DNA from: Tubulanus polymorphus | Lineage: Eukaryota; Animalia; Nemertea | DNA: 64,000 bases | Direction of reading: 5' to 3' | NCBI RefSeq assembly: GCF_964204645.1 | Contig: NC_134031.1 | Location: forward strand, 20,281,910 to 20,345,909 | Shown: piece by piece, positions 15,301 to 28,800 of the stretch | Layout: each line of letters starts with the position of its first letter | Position numbering within the stretch: position 1 is the first letter of the stretch | Program-made: the position numbers and the translations under genes | Notes under the pieces: generated by a model | The model's input: the letters and a program-made list of their open reading frames with translations, nothing else | Database searches by the model: none | What the model was told of the DNA's origin: nothing

Positions 15301-18300
15301 ACTTGACATGCTCAATATTTACTGTGTAGAGTCATTTAACTATGACTAGGCCTATCGTGAATATTGTTTACTTACACCAGAATCCTTACCCAAATAACAT
15401 TTGACTGTTTTATTGCGTTTTGAAAATTTCAAAAATTGAAATCACAGTTACTGCGCTTACTCCTAAGATTTTGAATCCATATTGCTGTTATTGCTAAGCG
15501 TGGCACTGTGTGCTATTTATACAGGAACTTCCACATCAGAGACGTAATATCAATCTGAACAAAGATGATAAACGTCTAATGAAATGATTCTGCAGCAGCA
15601 GCAGCAGCAGCAGTGAACTGAGGAGTTTGCCTCTCTTCACACGCATGCAAACATGTGCTATGATGATAAAAATAACTTACAAACATTACTATGTTATGAC
15701 TGACTTGCAATTTACGGATGAATGCTAAAAATTAGGAATTAGCTGAAATTTCGCTTCTTACAGATACATAAAGAGACATTTGCTCATTAGCGAATACCAA
15801 AGAGGAAAATCTAGGCTGGTTTCAATAGACAAGTGACTGTCTAATTCAAATGAATCGATGTAGTTTTGAAAATGATCTAAGTCTGATCAAAAATGAAAAT
15901 AGTTTAAAAACGCTTAATTCTATAAAAGAAAATGTGCTGAACACATCTTCAATCTACGAATGGTTACTTACGACATTGATCTGTAATTAGTACGATCTCG
16001 GAAATAAAAAGGAGACTAGGCCTAACCAGACATTCATAGAATAGATTTCTGTCAGTATAAACTGACTTCTTGATTACTGTAATCCCTGACAATCAGGGCC
16101 CCACCTAAACAGATATACTGTAATTATCTATTTATTGATGATGCAGTGTCTGTAATGGTCATTAGCGTTGACAGGTTTTTGACACAAATAGACACCACTA
16201 TTGCAGTGACTTGTTTTCAAGAGCGCCCATTGTACACCTGACCATGGAAAACGAAAGCTCAATAACCTAGACACAGTTCAAATTTCCAATTTGATTTCCG
16301 ACATTGTTTTCATATGATCTCAACTGAAGATACATATTTCGTGTGGAGCAAATTCTGCGAAAGTCAAATCTTAAAATATTATCTTGAAATCTTAGATATA
16401 AATTGACCAAACAGTTGAAAAAAACAGATGCTTCTAACAATAAAACAGTAGATTCATCAATGATCTATCATTCTTCAATTCTGATTTCATCATTTAGGGA
16501 TGTAATATTTTCTTTCTTTTATAGACTATACATAGGGCCTATATTTTTTTCTTGGATATGAATAGATTTCTGATGTAAGAGCAGCAGCAACAGCAGCAGG
16601 TGTAAATTGTCCTGAATAAATTTTTCAGAAACCTTTTGGAAGAATTTTAGAAATAATCTGAATATGAATTATCTCTCTCTGATCTAAGCTAAGACTGAGA
16701 GATTATCTTTCAAAGCCATCACTAGCTCAAACGAAATACGCCATACCTCAAATTCTGTACAGATTGATGAACGGGTCTCCAGTAATCCATTCGTCTAATG
16801 ACGACAACAAAAAATCCATCGATTTAGAAATAACGATTTGAATAATACTCCACCTAAAGAACTCAAATGGCAAGCCATATACTTTTCATAGTGTACATTG
16901 AAAGTGTAGCTAGTCAAATGTCGAGGAATATAAGCCAAGTATTTCACCGAAGGACTCATTGAAAAGTTATCAGAAAAACCATTCACGTACCGGGTAGACA
17001 GTATGGAGAATACATTTTAAGCAGGGACGTCCTCCAGACAGATCTGATGTAGGCATAGTTAGAAAAAATCAACCCTTCGGCTCTGCTTTATGATAAGGCT
17101 ACAAATCGATTTTGAATACTAAATTCCATTCTTGCCAGAAAACTCATTCGATAGGTGTTTTGTTTTTGCGAGAAACAGCTACGGAAATATATTTTCAGTT
17201 GACTTTACCCTACTTGAATATTTCACTGAGGATCAGCAAGGAAATAGGGTTAAAAATAGATATAAGTTATAATTACCAGACTTGAGTTGGCCTAAAACAG
17301 TTTATGATATTGTTAAGGCCTCTTAGCTATTTACAAAATTGAAATAGGACATTGAACAACATCATTTTACAAGTTTAATTTATTGGTGAATATGTTAATT
17401 GCCTGTAATGAATATACTTAGTGACATCCTAGGCCTTAGCCTGAAGCCTAAATCAGCACAAAATTAAATAGCTAATTCTATTTAGGCCAAAGTTATCAAA
17501 ATATTTAAGTATAGGTTCATATTCAGACTAATTATAACAAATAGTTCGACACTGTTGTATCCAGTAAAAATTAATATTTCCTCGCTTTTGTTTTGTATCA
17601 CTGATGTAAGCTTATAAACTTGAATTATAGTTGGTTATGAGGCCATGGAGGGCCTATATGGTTCAGGAATTTGGATTGTTTGTAGGCCTAAATGTCATAG
17701 GCCTACTACAGGCTATACACGGTACCATCCTAATAATTTAAAAAAAAAACAGCAGTGAAAATGGCAGACAGGAAATGCATTGAACAACCAGGAAGTATCG
17801 AAAACTAAACTAATTATCAAATGCACCATTAATAAAAAGGCTGATCGATGCATACCATTAATTACCCAACCTCTATCAAGCCCTTGCCCTACAAACCTAA
17901 CCAAACCACGATAGGGGCCTATAATAGGCTGTTTCACCCTGATGCTGTTTCGAGATAGCTTCCATAAACCGATCCAACTGGAGCTGTAACCATAGGGCTG
18001 ACCCTAATAAAAGCCACACTCAAATTCAATCAATGTAGGTATATACAGTAACTGTGATGTTTTTAAGTCAGACTTCTGGGCACCAACAGTTAATAGAGCC
18101 AAGGCTTTACATGACTAACAAAATAACCCAGAATAATCAATGGGTTTCAATCAGTCCCAAACACAATCATACAGTGTTTACCCATCGCCTCCTCACTCAA
18201 GTGCATGCCATAATGGTATAAAAAGTGACATTGAAAAAAGACTACTATTCTCAGCTAGAGAATTCAATTTAGCACTTACATTCACAATAATACACAACCA

Positions 18301-18558
18301 TCTAAGGAAAACTAAATCGCAGTAACTCCAAAATTATCCACGATATATCAACTGATATAAAATTGACTGTTTATTTGAACGGTCTCTACTCAGACTCCAT
18401 CCATCTCTCATTCTCATCATCAACCGATTTTTACTTCCGGGTTCGGGACGTTTCAAATTTTCCGATTCAGAGTTGAAATAAACGCTTGCCTACCTTTCAA
18501 TCGGGTCATTAACTACGTCATTCGTCTCTACATTATGTTTACCGTCGCATAAATCCAT
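361..18558 (-). CDS. CDK5RAP2: Centrosomin/CDK5RAP2/myomegalin (PDE4DIP) family coiled-coil protein, multi-exon, 3' end beyond left edge of window
   Basis: Spliced exons 11216-11286, ~10768-10836 and ~9554-9661 give SQPESLADVSFG...RMSPVRARTMKEYDQ-ALAELKKENFSLKLRIYFLEEKVQ, the centrosomin motif 1 (CM1). More than 20 further GT-AG exons encode coiled coil (e.g. 1409-1830, 5748-5952, 7351-7522). The putative first exon 18494-18558 (MDLCDGKHNVETNDVVNDPIE, phase 2) is less certain. Orthology to CDK5RAP2 versus PDE4DIP is not resolved. Confidence 0.88.
9385..9500. mobile_element. MITE, family A (short copy) in CDK5RAP2-like intron
   Basis: AGCCGCGATCACAC...CATCACGGCT termini and the same AAATTTGGCCCGG subrepeats. 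Confidence 0.65.
11005..11153. mobile_element. Two tRNA-derived SINE heads back-to-back (imperfect inverted repeat)
   Basis: B boxes on opposite strands (11023-11033 minus, 11127-11137 plus) with homologous flanks (CAGGTTCGAATC, GGTTTCGT). Confidence 0.6.
12456..12562. repeat. 11-bp minisatellite (GCTAGTAGTGT)n, ~9.5 copies
   Basis: Direct reading of the tandem units. Confidence 0.95.
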
Positions 18559-19347
18559 ATTGACGCCTTTAAAATTGATAAAACTAAGTCATTTCGCAGA
18601 TTTAAAATCAGAAATTTTTAAAAATTCCGCTTCTTGATTTAGGAAATTGCACCATGTCGCAAGAACGCTTCTAAATCGGAGAATGCGGGGTGGCTCCGAG
18701 AATATGCAAATTAGGGCAGGCATTTGCAGCCCTTATCTTAATTGGGCATACTCCATTGATCGATGCAGGCACAATTTATCTCGTGGATGCTGAACACACA
18801 ACCTTCCTTCTGACTACTGGACCGAATATTCATTTTGATAATGTAGCTGTATTTCGAAAAATAAAATACTCAAGTACTAGATAAATTGGTCGTGGCACAG
18901 AAAGGTTTTAGTTTGTTCGACTTATGCAATTGCAATACGACCTAGATAAAACTGTCGGTCGATAACTTTATAAAAAGCTTGGTAAGCCTATGCTGATAGT
19001 GAGAAGAATCACCGCGTTGAACAGGTGTCGAAACATCGATAAGTAATAAACAGGTACCGATGTACAATGTAGTATAGGTATATAAATTTACCATACATAT
19101 ATATTATTTCAGCATTACATTTTTTGGTCGATTATGAAAATATTGAGACTCACCTGTCGAGGCCGCCACTGTGTATTAGGAATCACGAACTTTCGCTACT
19201 AGCGCGTGATAGCAGGTAAATGGAGAGACAACAGTATTTATAGGGTGACTCTGAATACATCTGTACAGATCCAGTCGAGGAATCCATGATTTACGTATAA
19301 ATTACACAATTTATTTGCCAGAATAAGGTTTTAATATCGACTTTGAG

Positions 19348-21184
19348 ATGGCTTCATCAATCGTTGACGAAGCAGCAAAAAATGGGAACTCGAATCTATT
19401 GGAAACAATCATTGTCATATCTGCCGGTTTGATCTCTTCGTTCATCGTTGGAGGTAATTATGTCGATGGTATTCTGGTAGCGGAATGGGTGGACTATTTT
19501 CATCAGGGAAGTGGTGTTACCGCTTGGCTCGGTACAGCTATTATTGGAATCAGCAGTTGTGGAGGTAAGTTCCTATGACAAATATATTTGAAAACTAGAA
19601 CTCGTATCTGTGAGATCACTGTGGAGATAATTACCTTGATGTTTCTTTTCACATGAAGCACCTATCGCCACTTTATTGATAAAAAGATTTGGTTTTCGCA
19701 AAGTATTTTTCTTCGCTGCAACGATCAACGCATCCGCTTTAGCTCTGACGTCATTTGTATACAATATATACCTGGCTATAGCACTGCGAGTTTTAGCAGG
19801 TAAACTTCAATTACGACAGGTTTCAATTGGACGTATTCCGGAATAAGATCATCAATTCCGTATTTCAAACTCTCGTACCAGCCATGCTATTCCGGAGTAG
19901 GGAGAGCGTATTCTGAGGAGTATCCCAGAATCGGTAGAAACCAATCGAAACCTGCTTTTAGTCTATCACCTGCCTACCTCGCCTTGCCTACAGATACCAG
20001 TTATACCGGTATTCAGTACCTCACTTCAACTGACAGCTCTTCGGGATTTATATTCAAATCAATTCATAAATATCGATATCTTGTCTTATTTCAGGGTGTA
20101 GCGTGACTTTCCACCTTTGTAGTATAGGACCATATTTGGCTAATAGATTTCCAAATCAAGTTGCTATTGTACAAGGTTTAAGGACAGCTAGCGGTTCGAG
20201 CGGTATTCTCGCTTTTCCGTTTATCATAAACTACTGTTTGAAACAGTACGGTTGGCGCGGATGCTGTTTGATTATCGGTGGTATCGCGTCTCAACAGTGC
20301 GCTCTAGGACTTCTATTTCGTCACTGGTCAAATAAACCCCTTCCAAAACACGAGGAAAACCAAGAAACGCTACTGGAGCAGAACAATGGTGATAAAACCA
20401 GACGATTTCGCGATCTTCATCAATTAGATCTGTTTAAACAGAAAATGTTCGTAGTATTTATGATACATATTTTTATCATAGACGCAGCATCGTCTGTTAT
20501 ATATGTACACATCGTATCTGGAACTAGAGTTTTATTAGAAATTTCTCCTGAACAAGCGAGATTTACTTTATCAGCGATAGGTTTATCAATACTCTTTGCG
20601 TGCATCGTCGTTTCATTGATAACCAAGCATCCCATGATAGATACATTCACGTTATACATGATAATGAACACATTACTAGCGATTCAAGTTTGTGTTATAC
20701 CGTTTATGAAGGGTTATGTAGCAGCCCTGACAGTCAGCGCTTCTATAGGCATTCTAATGTCCGCCCATGCTGCCTTACATTTGTTGATGCTTTTGGAACT
20801 ATTTGGAAGCGAATATCTGTATATGTCTTATTCGTATGGTTTTTTCAGTGGAGGATTTGGATATTTGCTCGGTGCTCCTGTTGCAGGTAGGTCTTATCTA
20901 CGAGCAATAATCTCAAGTTGCGATGATGCTCCTAGAGGTTTCATGAATGGAAACTTGTCTAATTAACGCTTATTTAACTAGTTGTCTATTTATTTTCAGG
21001 TTGGATTTACGACGCAACGGGAAACTACGCGATCTCGTTCTATTTCTGCGCTGGTTTATTGATTCTATGTGTTTTGATACTGATTCCAGAATGGATAAAA
21101 CATATCAAAAAACCGAAACAAACTGATGAAAATACAATAGAGCCTGTAACTCCAACGCGTAGCGAGTCTTCAAAATCTATCTAG
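19348..21184 (+). CDS. Monocarboxylate transporter-like MFS protein (SLC16 family), 4 coding exons (~19348-19564, ~19659-19799, ~20095-20887, 21000-21184)
   Basis: GT-AG exons join in frame. Hydrophobic TM helices with SLC16-like motifs: APIATLLIKRFGFRKV, GILAFPFIINYCLKQYGWRGCCLIIGGI, LLGAPVAGWIYDATGNY. Stop TAG at 21182-21184. Confidence 0.88.
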
Positions 21185-22010
21185 GATGCAAAAACTATTT
21201 TTAAAAAACTAAGTCTTATGACGTTGCCAGTCGCCGGTCAGCCAAGGCACGACAATAAAGATTACAAAATGTTTTTCTTGTTTTTGTTTTCTTGTGAAAA
21301 ATGAACTTTCTTCTTCACGAAACGACGATATGAATTCATTCATCAGATTTCATTTCTTTTTGATTCAATTTTACTTTTACTAGAACAAAACGACCAGTAA
21401 ATAAATAATAACGGATATCTTAAACCAACGACTATAAATCGTTTATAGGCCATGCGTTTTAAAGTGTCTTCTAAATGTTTTATAACTGATTTCACATTTG
21501 ATTGAACATAAGCCCGAAGAAACCAAAAAACAAACTCATCAAATCAATATCATTTCTGTAGTGCTTCAAAGCCCAGTTTCAGACAAAAAGATGTATTACA
21601 TAATCGTGTTGTCTCACTGAGTTCTTCATTCCAAACACGTGATTCCAAAGGGCAAGTTTTTGGATTCTGGTGTGATACGATCGAATTTGGCATCTACGCT
21701 ATCGGTATTTTTGGTTACTCCAGCTGGTTTTGGAGGAAAAAAGATCAAGTTGACCTGTATAAATCCACAAAGCAGATACTACTAACCAATAAGACGAGTC
21801 GAAATAATACTGAACCTCTGAACTTGAACAGGCAGCCGCCAGTCTATTTTAAGCGATTTGATTCGAAAATATCCTGATACGCATATTTCGCGGCACTTGT
21901 CCTGTCCCGACCCGGATATTACCCGGCGATTTGGATATGAGATAGCTGCCGCGATATGGAACCCCTGATTTGGATATTCTCGGAGCATCCCATTAGTGCT
22001 CAGAACTATC

Positions 22011-22133
22011 TAGACTGGTCGCCTGTCCAATTCTGCGCCACCTGCATTCGCAGGCAGAATAGCGGTCTCTATCTTCAATGAATGGGACAGACAACCAGTC
22101 TACATTCGCTGTCAGAATCCGGCAACCAGTCTA
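22011..22133. mobile_element. Short TIR element with TAG...CTA ends (Academ-like non-autonomous)
   Basis: TAGACTGGTCGCCTGTCC / GGACAGACAACCAGTCTA, with a second right end at ~22122-22133. The same end occurs at ~8883-8895. Confidence 0.5.
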
Positions 22134-22185
22134 AGAGCTAGCCTCTATGGGCGTACTCTTTTATGACTTCCAGAGTCGCATGAAA

Positions 22186-22233
22186 TGACGTCATCAGTGG
22201 GATTTCGGAGAATACCCCTCGAAACACTTCCGG
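22186..22233 (+). promoter_or_regulatory. Putative promoter of the downstream gene: CRE palindrome TGACGTCA (22186-22193) and ETS-type ACTTCCGG (22226-22233)
   Basis: The motifs lie just upstream of a probable non-coding first exon (donor GAGAG|GTGAGT at ~22477) of the 22893-29461 gene. Confidence 0.4.
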
Positions 22234-22892
22234 GTTTGATAAACAACAACTTTCCAACTTTTACCTCGTCAACCCTATGTCCCAATTTCTGACTTATGAG
22301 ATCTGACAAAATAAAGATGAATTAGTGACGATGTTTGTTTCAACAATATTGTTAGGTTTTGATAATTCGAATTTCTGAGACTGAGCGTCCACTCTGTGAC
22401 TGACTCGGCAAAAAGTGGTTTGTCGTTTTTTTGTTGGATTTATTGGAGTCTGACTCCTGACTGACTTGAGTGAGAGGTGAGTGGGAGAATTAGGCTATCT
22501 TGAAGTGATCAGTTCACTTTTGATGGTGTTACTCTGTCATTCATGAATCAGTCTAAAATATCTCATGCATGTGGTTTTTGTGTGTATTTTAAGAATTCGG
22601 ACTCGCAATGAATCATCCACGGCGAGCGCAAACCGCTATCAACCGCAATTCTAGAGCACGACCTCTGAAAGAACATGAAGTAAGTTATGGAAAGTCCGTT
22701 TTTCAAAAACAATTCAAAAGCACAGTTGGATACAGCTGCTAAGTTAATGGTTAAGTTTAACTGAAGAGTAAAGTGTCCAATTTCAGTCTTAATGATGATA
22801 ATTGATTTGAGAATTTGCACAAAGGCCTATGACAATGCTAGAAGTGCTTCTTAAATTACTTTCAGCCATCACCGTTCCTTTTCATCGGAAAC

Positions 22893-25800
22893 ATGAACGC
22901 AGACGATGACTATGACAAATTCAAAAGGAAGTCATCAGGTGCGTACAGAAATGATACTAATTATGTAATTATTGTTAATTACATAATTAATTAATTAATT
23001 ATAAACATTAATATTACATGTAATCTAAACATCCAGTAGGCCTAATAATTTATGTGCAAAATGTGTCTTATAATGTTTACATTCAATCGGTAAAGTTTGA
23101 CTTGATGTATTTTGCAGTGCCCTTGAAAAATAAGAAGAATTCTACAACGAAATTCAAGTCGCGGTCAGCCCCGCCATCGAGGATAACTGCGCCATTAAAC
23201 AGGTAGGCCTACGAATAGTTGTTATTTGTAGATTCCATTTTGAAAGATTATTCGTGACGACAAAATGTGTCTTCTTTTACTCAGAAAATTTGGTTCTTGA
23301 TAGACTCCTATTAATCTATGTTTATGTATTGTCAAACTTGCTAAATTTGTCAAAGTTAGACAATCATTATGTTAACGACTTATCAAAATAACAAAAACAA
23401 ATAGGGATTAAGTATTGTGACCCGATGAATGGAAAAGTTTAGGTTGTTTACTCTTACAGATCCATAGAACATTGATTCTTTTATATTTGCAGTGAATCCG
23501 CTGAGGAGAATCCTACGCAGCGATTCTTGTACAACAATGTCGGTCCTTCATCTTCAGTAACGATAACCAAAACTCCGATTCCTGCATCACCTCAACGGAA
23601 CGTGAACTACCGAGTCAAAACTCCCTTCAAACAATCAATTTACAAACCAAAATCTCAGGTAACTGGCTCAGCTAGATATTTCAAAAACAATTTTTTTTTT
23701 TAAATTCTCAGTACGCCTGATGATGGCTAATAGTCTTTAGCCGAAACGTTGCGCAAATATATATATATACTCTTCTATTCAAGTTTCTCTTTTATGCTGA
23801 ATTTATTGTGGGATTTCTCTCGTGTACATAGTTAACTCGGCCTTTAACTCTTTGCTCGCCAGACACATACTTGTACAGATACTTAATCTTTACGGTCTTC
23901 ACTTTTTGGCATGATTTGTTCTCGAACCAATTTTCTCCATACAACAGAAACCTATACCATTTCCTGGAGAAGAACTCCGTGAACGAACGTTGATTGCCAT
24001 CGAATTGGCGCAAGAAATTCTAAAAAGACAACCGACCCCGCCACCGAAAGAAAAACCGAGGAAAGGAAAGTTATGGAAAGGAAGGTTTGTACAATTGATT
24101 TTGTGTCTCAATTGAGTTTGAGGTTGGAGACTTTTGTACCGACTAATAATCACACAACTAGTGTAGAGGAGAGCTATGGAGGAGCCCCACCTGGTCTCAA
24201 ATAATCAGTAAATGTGGAGACATGAATCTAGTCACTCATAACCCTCGTCATTCAGTATTCTATAATTCTGTAATGTCATTCTCTCTATAAGGCTAAAAGA
24301 ATGATACCTTGTTTCTCATAATTGGCCAGGTCACTTTGGTGAACTGTGATGAAATTAGTAATCAGCTCATTTCTATTTCTGCCGGGTCTGTTATTGTTAT
24401 TTGATCGTGATTTTCAAAAACAGAAAGGTGCAGGTTATATAGATGGCCGGCCGAGTCAACGTCTTTTAGGAAGCAGAAATGAGAATCAAGGTATCAATTG
24501 CTTTTTAACCCTAAATCCTGTTGTTTCTGAATTTACCCGATGAAGCTACTATGCAGTAGAAGTGAACTAAGTTTAGTTTACCTTCAAACAAATAATGTGG
24601 CCATTTTATTTTTGCAGATTAAAGCCGATGTACCCGGTGAATATTACTGGTCCATCAATTTACGATTGTCTCGGAGTACAACCAGGTATAGATAATAAAA
24701 TTTATCAAAATTGTATTATAATATGTATTGCTTGGGGGTTTTTGGCTTGAGGATTAAAGTTTTCTGCCTGTAGCCTGCATGCATGTAAACTATCCTCAGA
24801 ACAAGGATACTGATTTGTACAACACTGATAGAATTGAGAAAAATGATTGAAATATCCTATTATTCTCATTCCATTTTAGACAGACGTAAAGTGATGCGTC
24901 CGAGCAACACGCTGATTCGCCGTCGCCAGATCATGCAACAATATCCGGAGATCATCGAACAGTACACTTTACATCGTTCGGAAACTAGGCAATCGCTGGT
25001 CGAATCAATCCATAACACGTCACGAGCGTCGAGTGTTAATAACGACGACATCGTCGACTATGATCTGATGTAAGTGCTCGGTTAACCCATCTGGAATCTT
25101 GTCAGACGCGGATCTCGCAATGCCATGGCAGCAATTGTTTACCGATCAATTTACGAGATATTTTAACACATTTGCTGCCATGGTTGCCATTCTTCGCGAG
25201 TGTCTATTACTACTATGAGGTTTCTCGTGGTTGGCAACAGAGCTATTTCATACCATAGTCAGCCATTGTTGGGCTTGTTCTTGCAACACATTAAAGATAG
25301 ATAGTCCGCCAATAAGGAACTCTGTCATCTCTAACCTACGACTGAAACTAGATCCAAATTTCCTGCTGATTTTACTTTTGTTTACATGTTTTGTTACAGC
25401 GATGATGAACTGAATGATAATGAAGATGATGAGTTACTGTTTAACGAAGACGACAGAAATAGCGGTAGCGCTAAATTTTCCGGCAGTCCGTTGAGCCGCC
25501 CGGTTTCATCGGATCCACGTAAATCATCGGCAAAATCGGTCAGATTCGCGAACGATCCTTCGTCGGTCGTTGACGATCCGATCGGAGAGCGAGTCATGGA
25601 AACCGTGATTCACGGCGTGAAGGTTCGAATATCGACGACCCCGAGTTCAAGGTCGCATTCTGCTTTGTCGTCGTCACGCGGCGTTCCGAAAACGCCGTCG
25701 CCGATTAGCGACGTCGATGCGCGACGACATCGTTTCGAACCGATATTCAAAACGGAACCACCGAACCGAGATAATCGCTTCGAGATATCGGCTTCTACTT

Positions 25801-28800
25801 TGTCCGGGGGCGGGGACGATGAACGAGAGGAAAAACTTTGCGAAGATGATCGGAAAAACGTTGAGAAAAACGGTTTAGACGAAGCCGGTGATAGAAATCC
25901 GACTTCGACGAAAGCAGGAACTGACGATTCCAACTCGTCTTCTTCTGACTCCGATCTGGAGGATGAAGAACGCCGGATGCGTAGACATCCTCCGACCTCG
26001 TGTAAATACGAGGCCCGTTTGACGTCTTTATACGACAGAAATGATGATGAAGATGACGGCGATGATGGCGATTTACTTTCGCGAACTAACGGCAGTCGTC
26101 GAGAAAAATCTCCGTCGTTAAACGCAGAGCAGACGCAAGCGGCTAGCGACGGTCAAACTCATAAGACGGCGAACGCTGATGAAAAACCGGATGATTCCGA
26201 AGTCACCATCAATGAACGAGCAACATCGTCGGAAAGTTCTCCAGGTGCTGGTGGTCCGAGTGGGAAATCTCACGAAGATTTCGAAAGAGCACTGTCGACG
26301 CGGCGCGAATCAGTCGTCAGTCGCCACGAACGCGATGATTTGTTCGATGAATTATTCATGGAGATAACTAATAGTACAACGATAGCTAATAAGAATAGCG
26401 ATCTATCCGATCGTAAAAGCGTCAGGCAAAAAGCGAAACGTAGAGCGCAGTCTGCTAAAAAACATTCGAAAAATGAAAGAGTAAATCCCCAGAAAAATAT
26501 TCGTCGCCCGCGAAGCGCTAACTCGTATATTTCACCCTATTCGCAGGTGGCTATTAAGAGGAGTGCTTCTACTACGAGTTCGTCGAATAAAACTGGCTTC
26601 ATTAATGATTCTAATTCGAATAGAAATGAAAAATCGAAAGAAGCATCTGCTTCGAGAAAGGAACTATCTGCGTCAGAATCGGTTGAGAAATCTGACGAAG
26701 CGGGATTTTCTGAATGTTCCAAATACAAAGAAATGAATACACAGCCGTCCGGCGAATCAGAAATTCAAATTGCTGAGGATGTAACGTCTACTTCATTGGA
26801 AAACCTGTCCGAAACGATCTCATCGATTTCCAAGAGTATACGCGAACTTTACTGCGATATTTGTGGTCTAAACAGCAAAACCTGCGTCTGCCCAAACGCT
26901 CATTTTTCATCGGCGAAGATCAATTCAGAAGAAAACAAGTTGCTTACTTTTGACGAACTCGACAAAGTGCTTTCTTCAATTCAGTCCGAGTTACAGCTCG
27001 AGAATGAAAATGCAAAGTCCACGCAGCAGACGGATTTTACGGCAGAAAATAAACCGACTATCAATGACCTTCAAAGTTATGTCGAAAAACTCGAAAGCCT
27101 AGATCTCTGCTGTGGTCAAATTAGCTCGGCCCTCACCGATATCGATGAGTTCAAAAAGATGTGCAAGAAATTTGCAATTGAGGGGCATCGATTGAGACCG
27201 GGGTCGGCTACGTCTAAAGGAAAGTTGTCGCGTCCATCGTCGGCGGTGAATCGCCCGAAACCAGCATCGGGAAACGATCACAACTCGATCGTTAAAAGTA
27301 ATCGCTTGTCAGCGTCTGCTCGAATCAGACCGGGGTCGGGTAAAGCTAGATCTACGCGTTGCCGCAATGATCTGGATTATTTGGAGTTGACGGATTACAA
27401 TCTCGGAGTGGAAGTAGATAATGAAAAGGATGATGATGATGGTGAAACAATTGAAGCAGTGGTAGAATTTAAAGCGAATGCTCGTGAAAGTGAAAATCTG
27501 GTGGGTGAAGAAATTTCCAGGGTAAACTTACCTACTTTCTTATTTCTCCCACGAGTATTTGTATTTCATATAGGCCTAGCTAAACTCACTTTAAGACCAA
27601 CATCATTAATGCAATAATGTACAGTAAACCCTAGTCCGAGTTCAGGGTAAAAAATACAAGTCTGGAGTTGGTCGTATCTGAGTTAAGCAAGGTTTACTGT
27701 ATATACGTTTTTGTATATAAGTTGACCATAGATAATCTCTATTGTTGAGATCACATATTTAGGATGTGTCCAATTTTAAAGATTCACAATATTTAGCAGA
27801 TAAAAAATGTATTTATCTATTTCAGGATATGACCCCTGAACCAAGGTGAGTCTTTATTTTTAGTTTAGATTTTTCAAAAATTCCCCCTAACTAGACAGAT
27901 GAGGTGGAATTCAAATTGCGATATTCAAGCAGTTTTCCTTCAAATAATTTGTTGTTGCATTTACAGGGAATTGGAAATTCTCGCTACACAGAAACCGATG
28001 TCAAAGACAAAGTAAGTTCTTCATGATGCTTCATTCATAACTTCAGATTTCTATGCATTGAAAGGACCAACTGTACTGATATAAATTAGACTCCTCCTTA
28101 CTCTGACTCAGATTCAAATTGGGCTAAAGTCAGTTAATTTTACAAAGATTTTCCCTCGATTCTCATCTCAGTAAAATGATTATAGTCTCAATGAGTGAGG
28201 CCTAGAGTCTAGAAATTAACATGTTCTTTTTCATCATTTCAGGGAAGATATCTGCACTCGTTACAAACCAAAGCAGCCGGTTGCGCAATGTTTCCCAGTT
28301 TGTTTTCACATCAATGCGAAACCACCGGCGGGCAAACTTTACTATTTCGCATATGGGTTGACTATGAACTGTAGCAGGTATGTAACAAGCATGTGTAAAT
28401 TCGTGTCAAATTTTTTTGAGAAATTCTTTCATTAAAGTTATCTTTGAATTATGTTCTTAGAATGCAGTCATATTTACAAAGAGAAGTGTCTGAGCGATTT
28501 TGGGCCATCTTATTCGGGTTTTCATTGGTATTCAACAAAAAAGGTCAGCGAATAACTAAGACGATTTCCACTCAGATCAAAGCAAAAATATCGAATTTTA
28601 TGATTTCTGATTATCAATCTTTGCATTTCAGGATTAGATTTGGAAGCTGGATCATTTCCGAATATCGAGTTCAACCCATACAGTTCTGTGGAGGGCTGTG
28701 TTTATGCGATTACGCCAAAAGAATTAGAAGTACTCGATCACTGTATGGGCTGCCCTAAGGTACATTTTTGCTATCCAAAGATTCTGGGAGACCAATTTCA

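Noticed and set aside
25394-27281. Antisense/alternate-frame ORFs within the large exon
   Set aside because: They are shadow ORFs of the real plus-strand exon.
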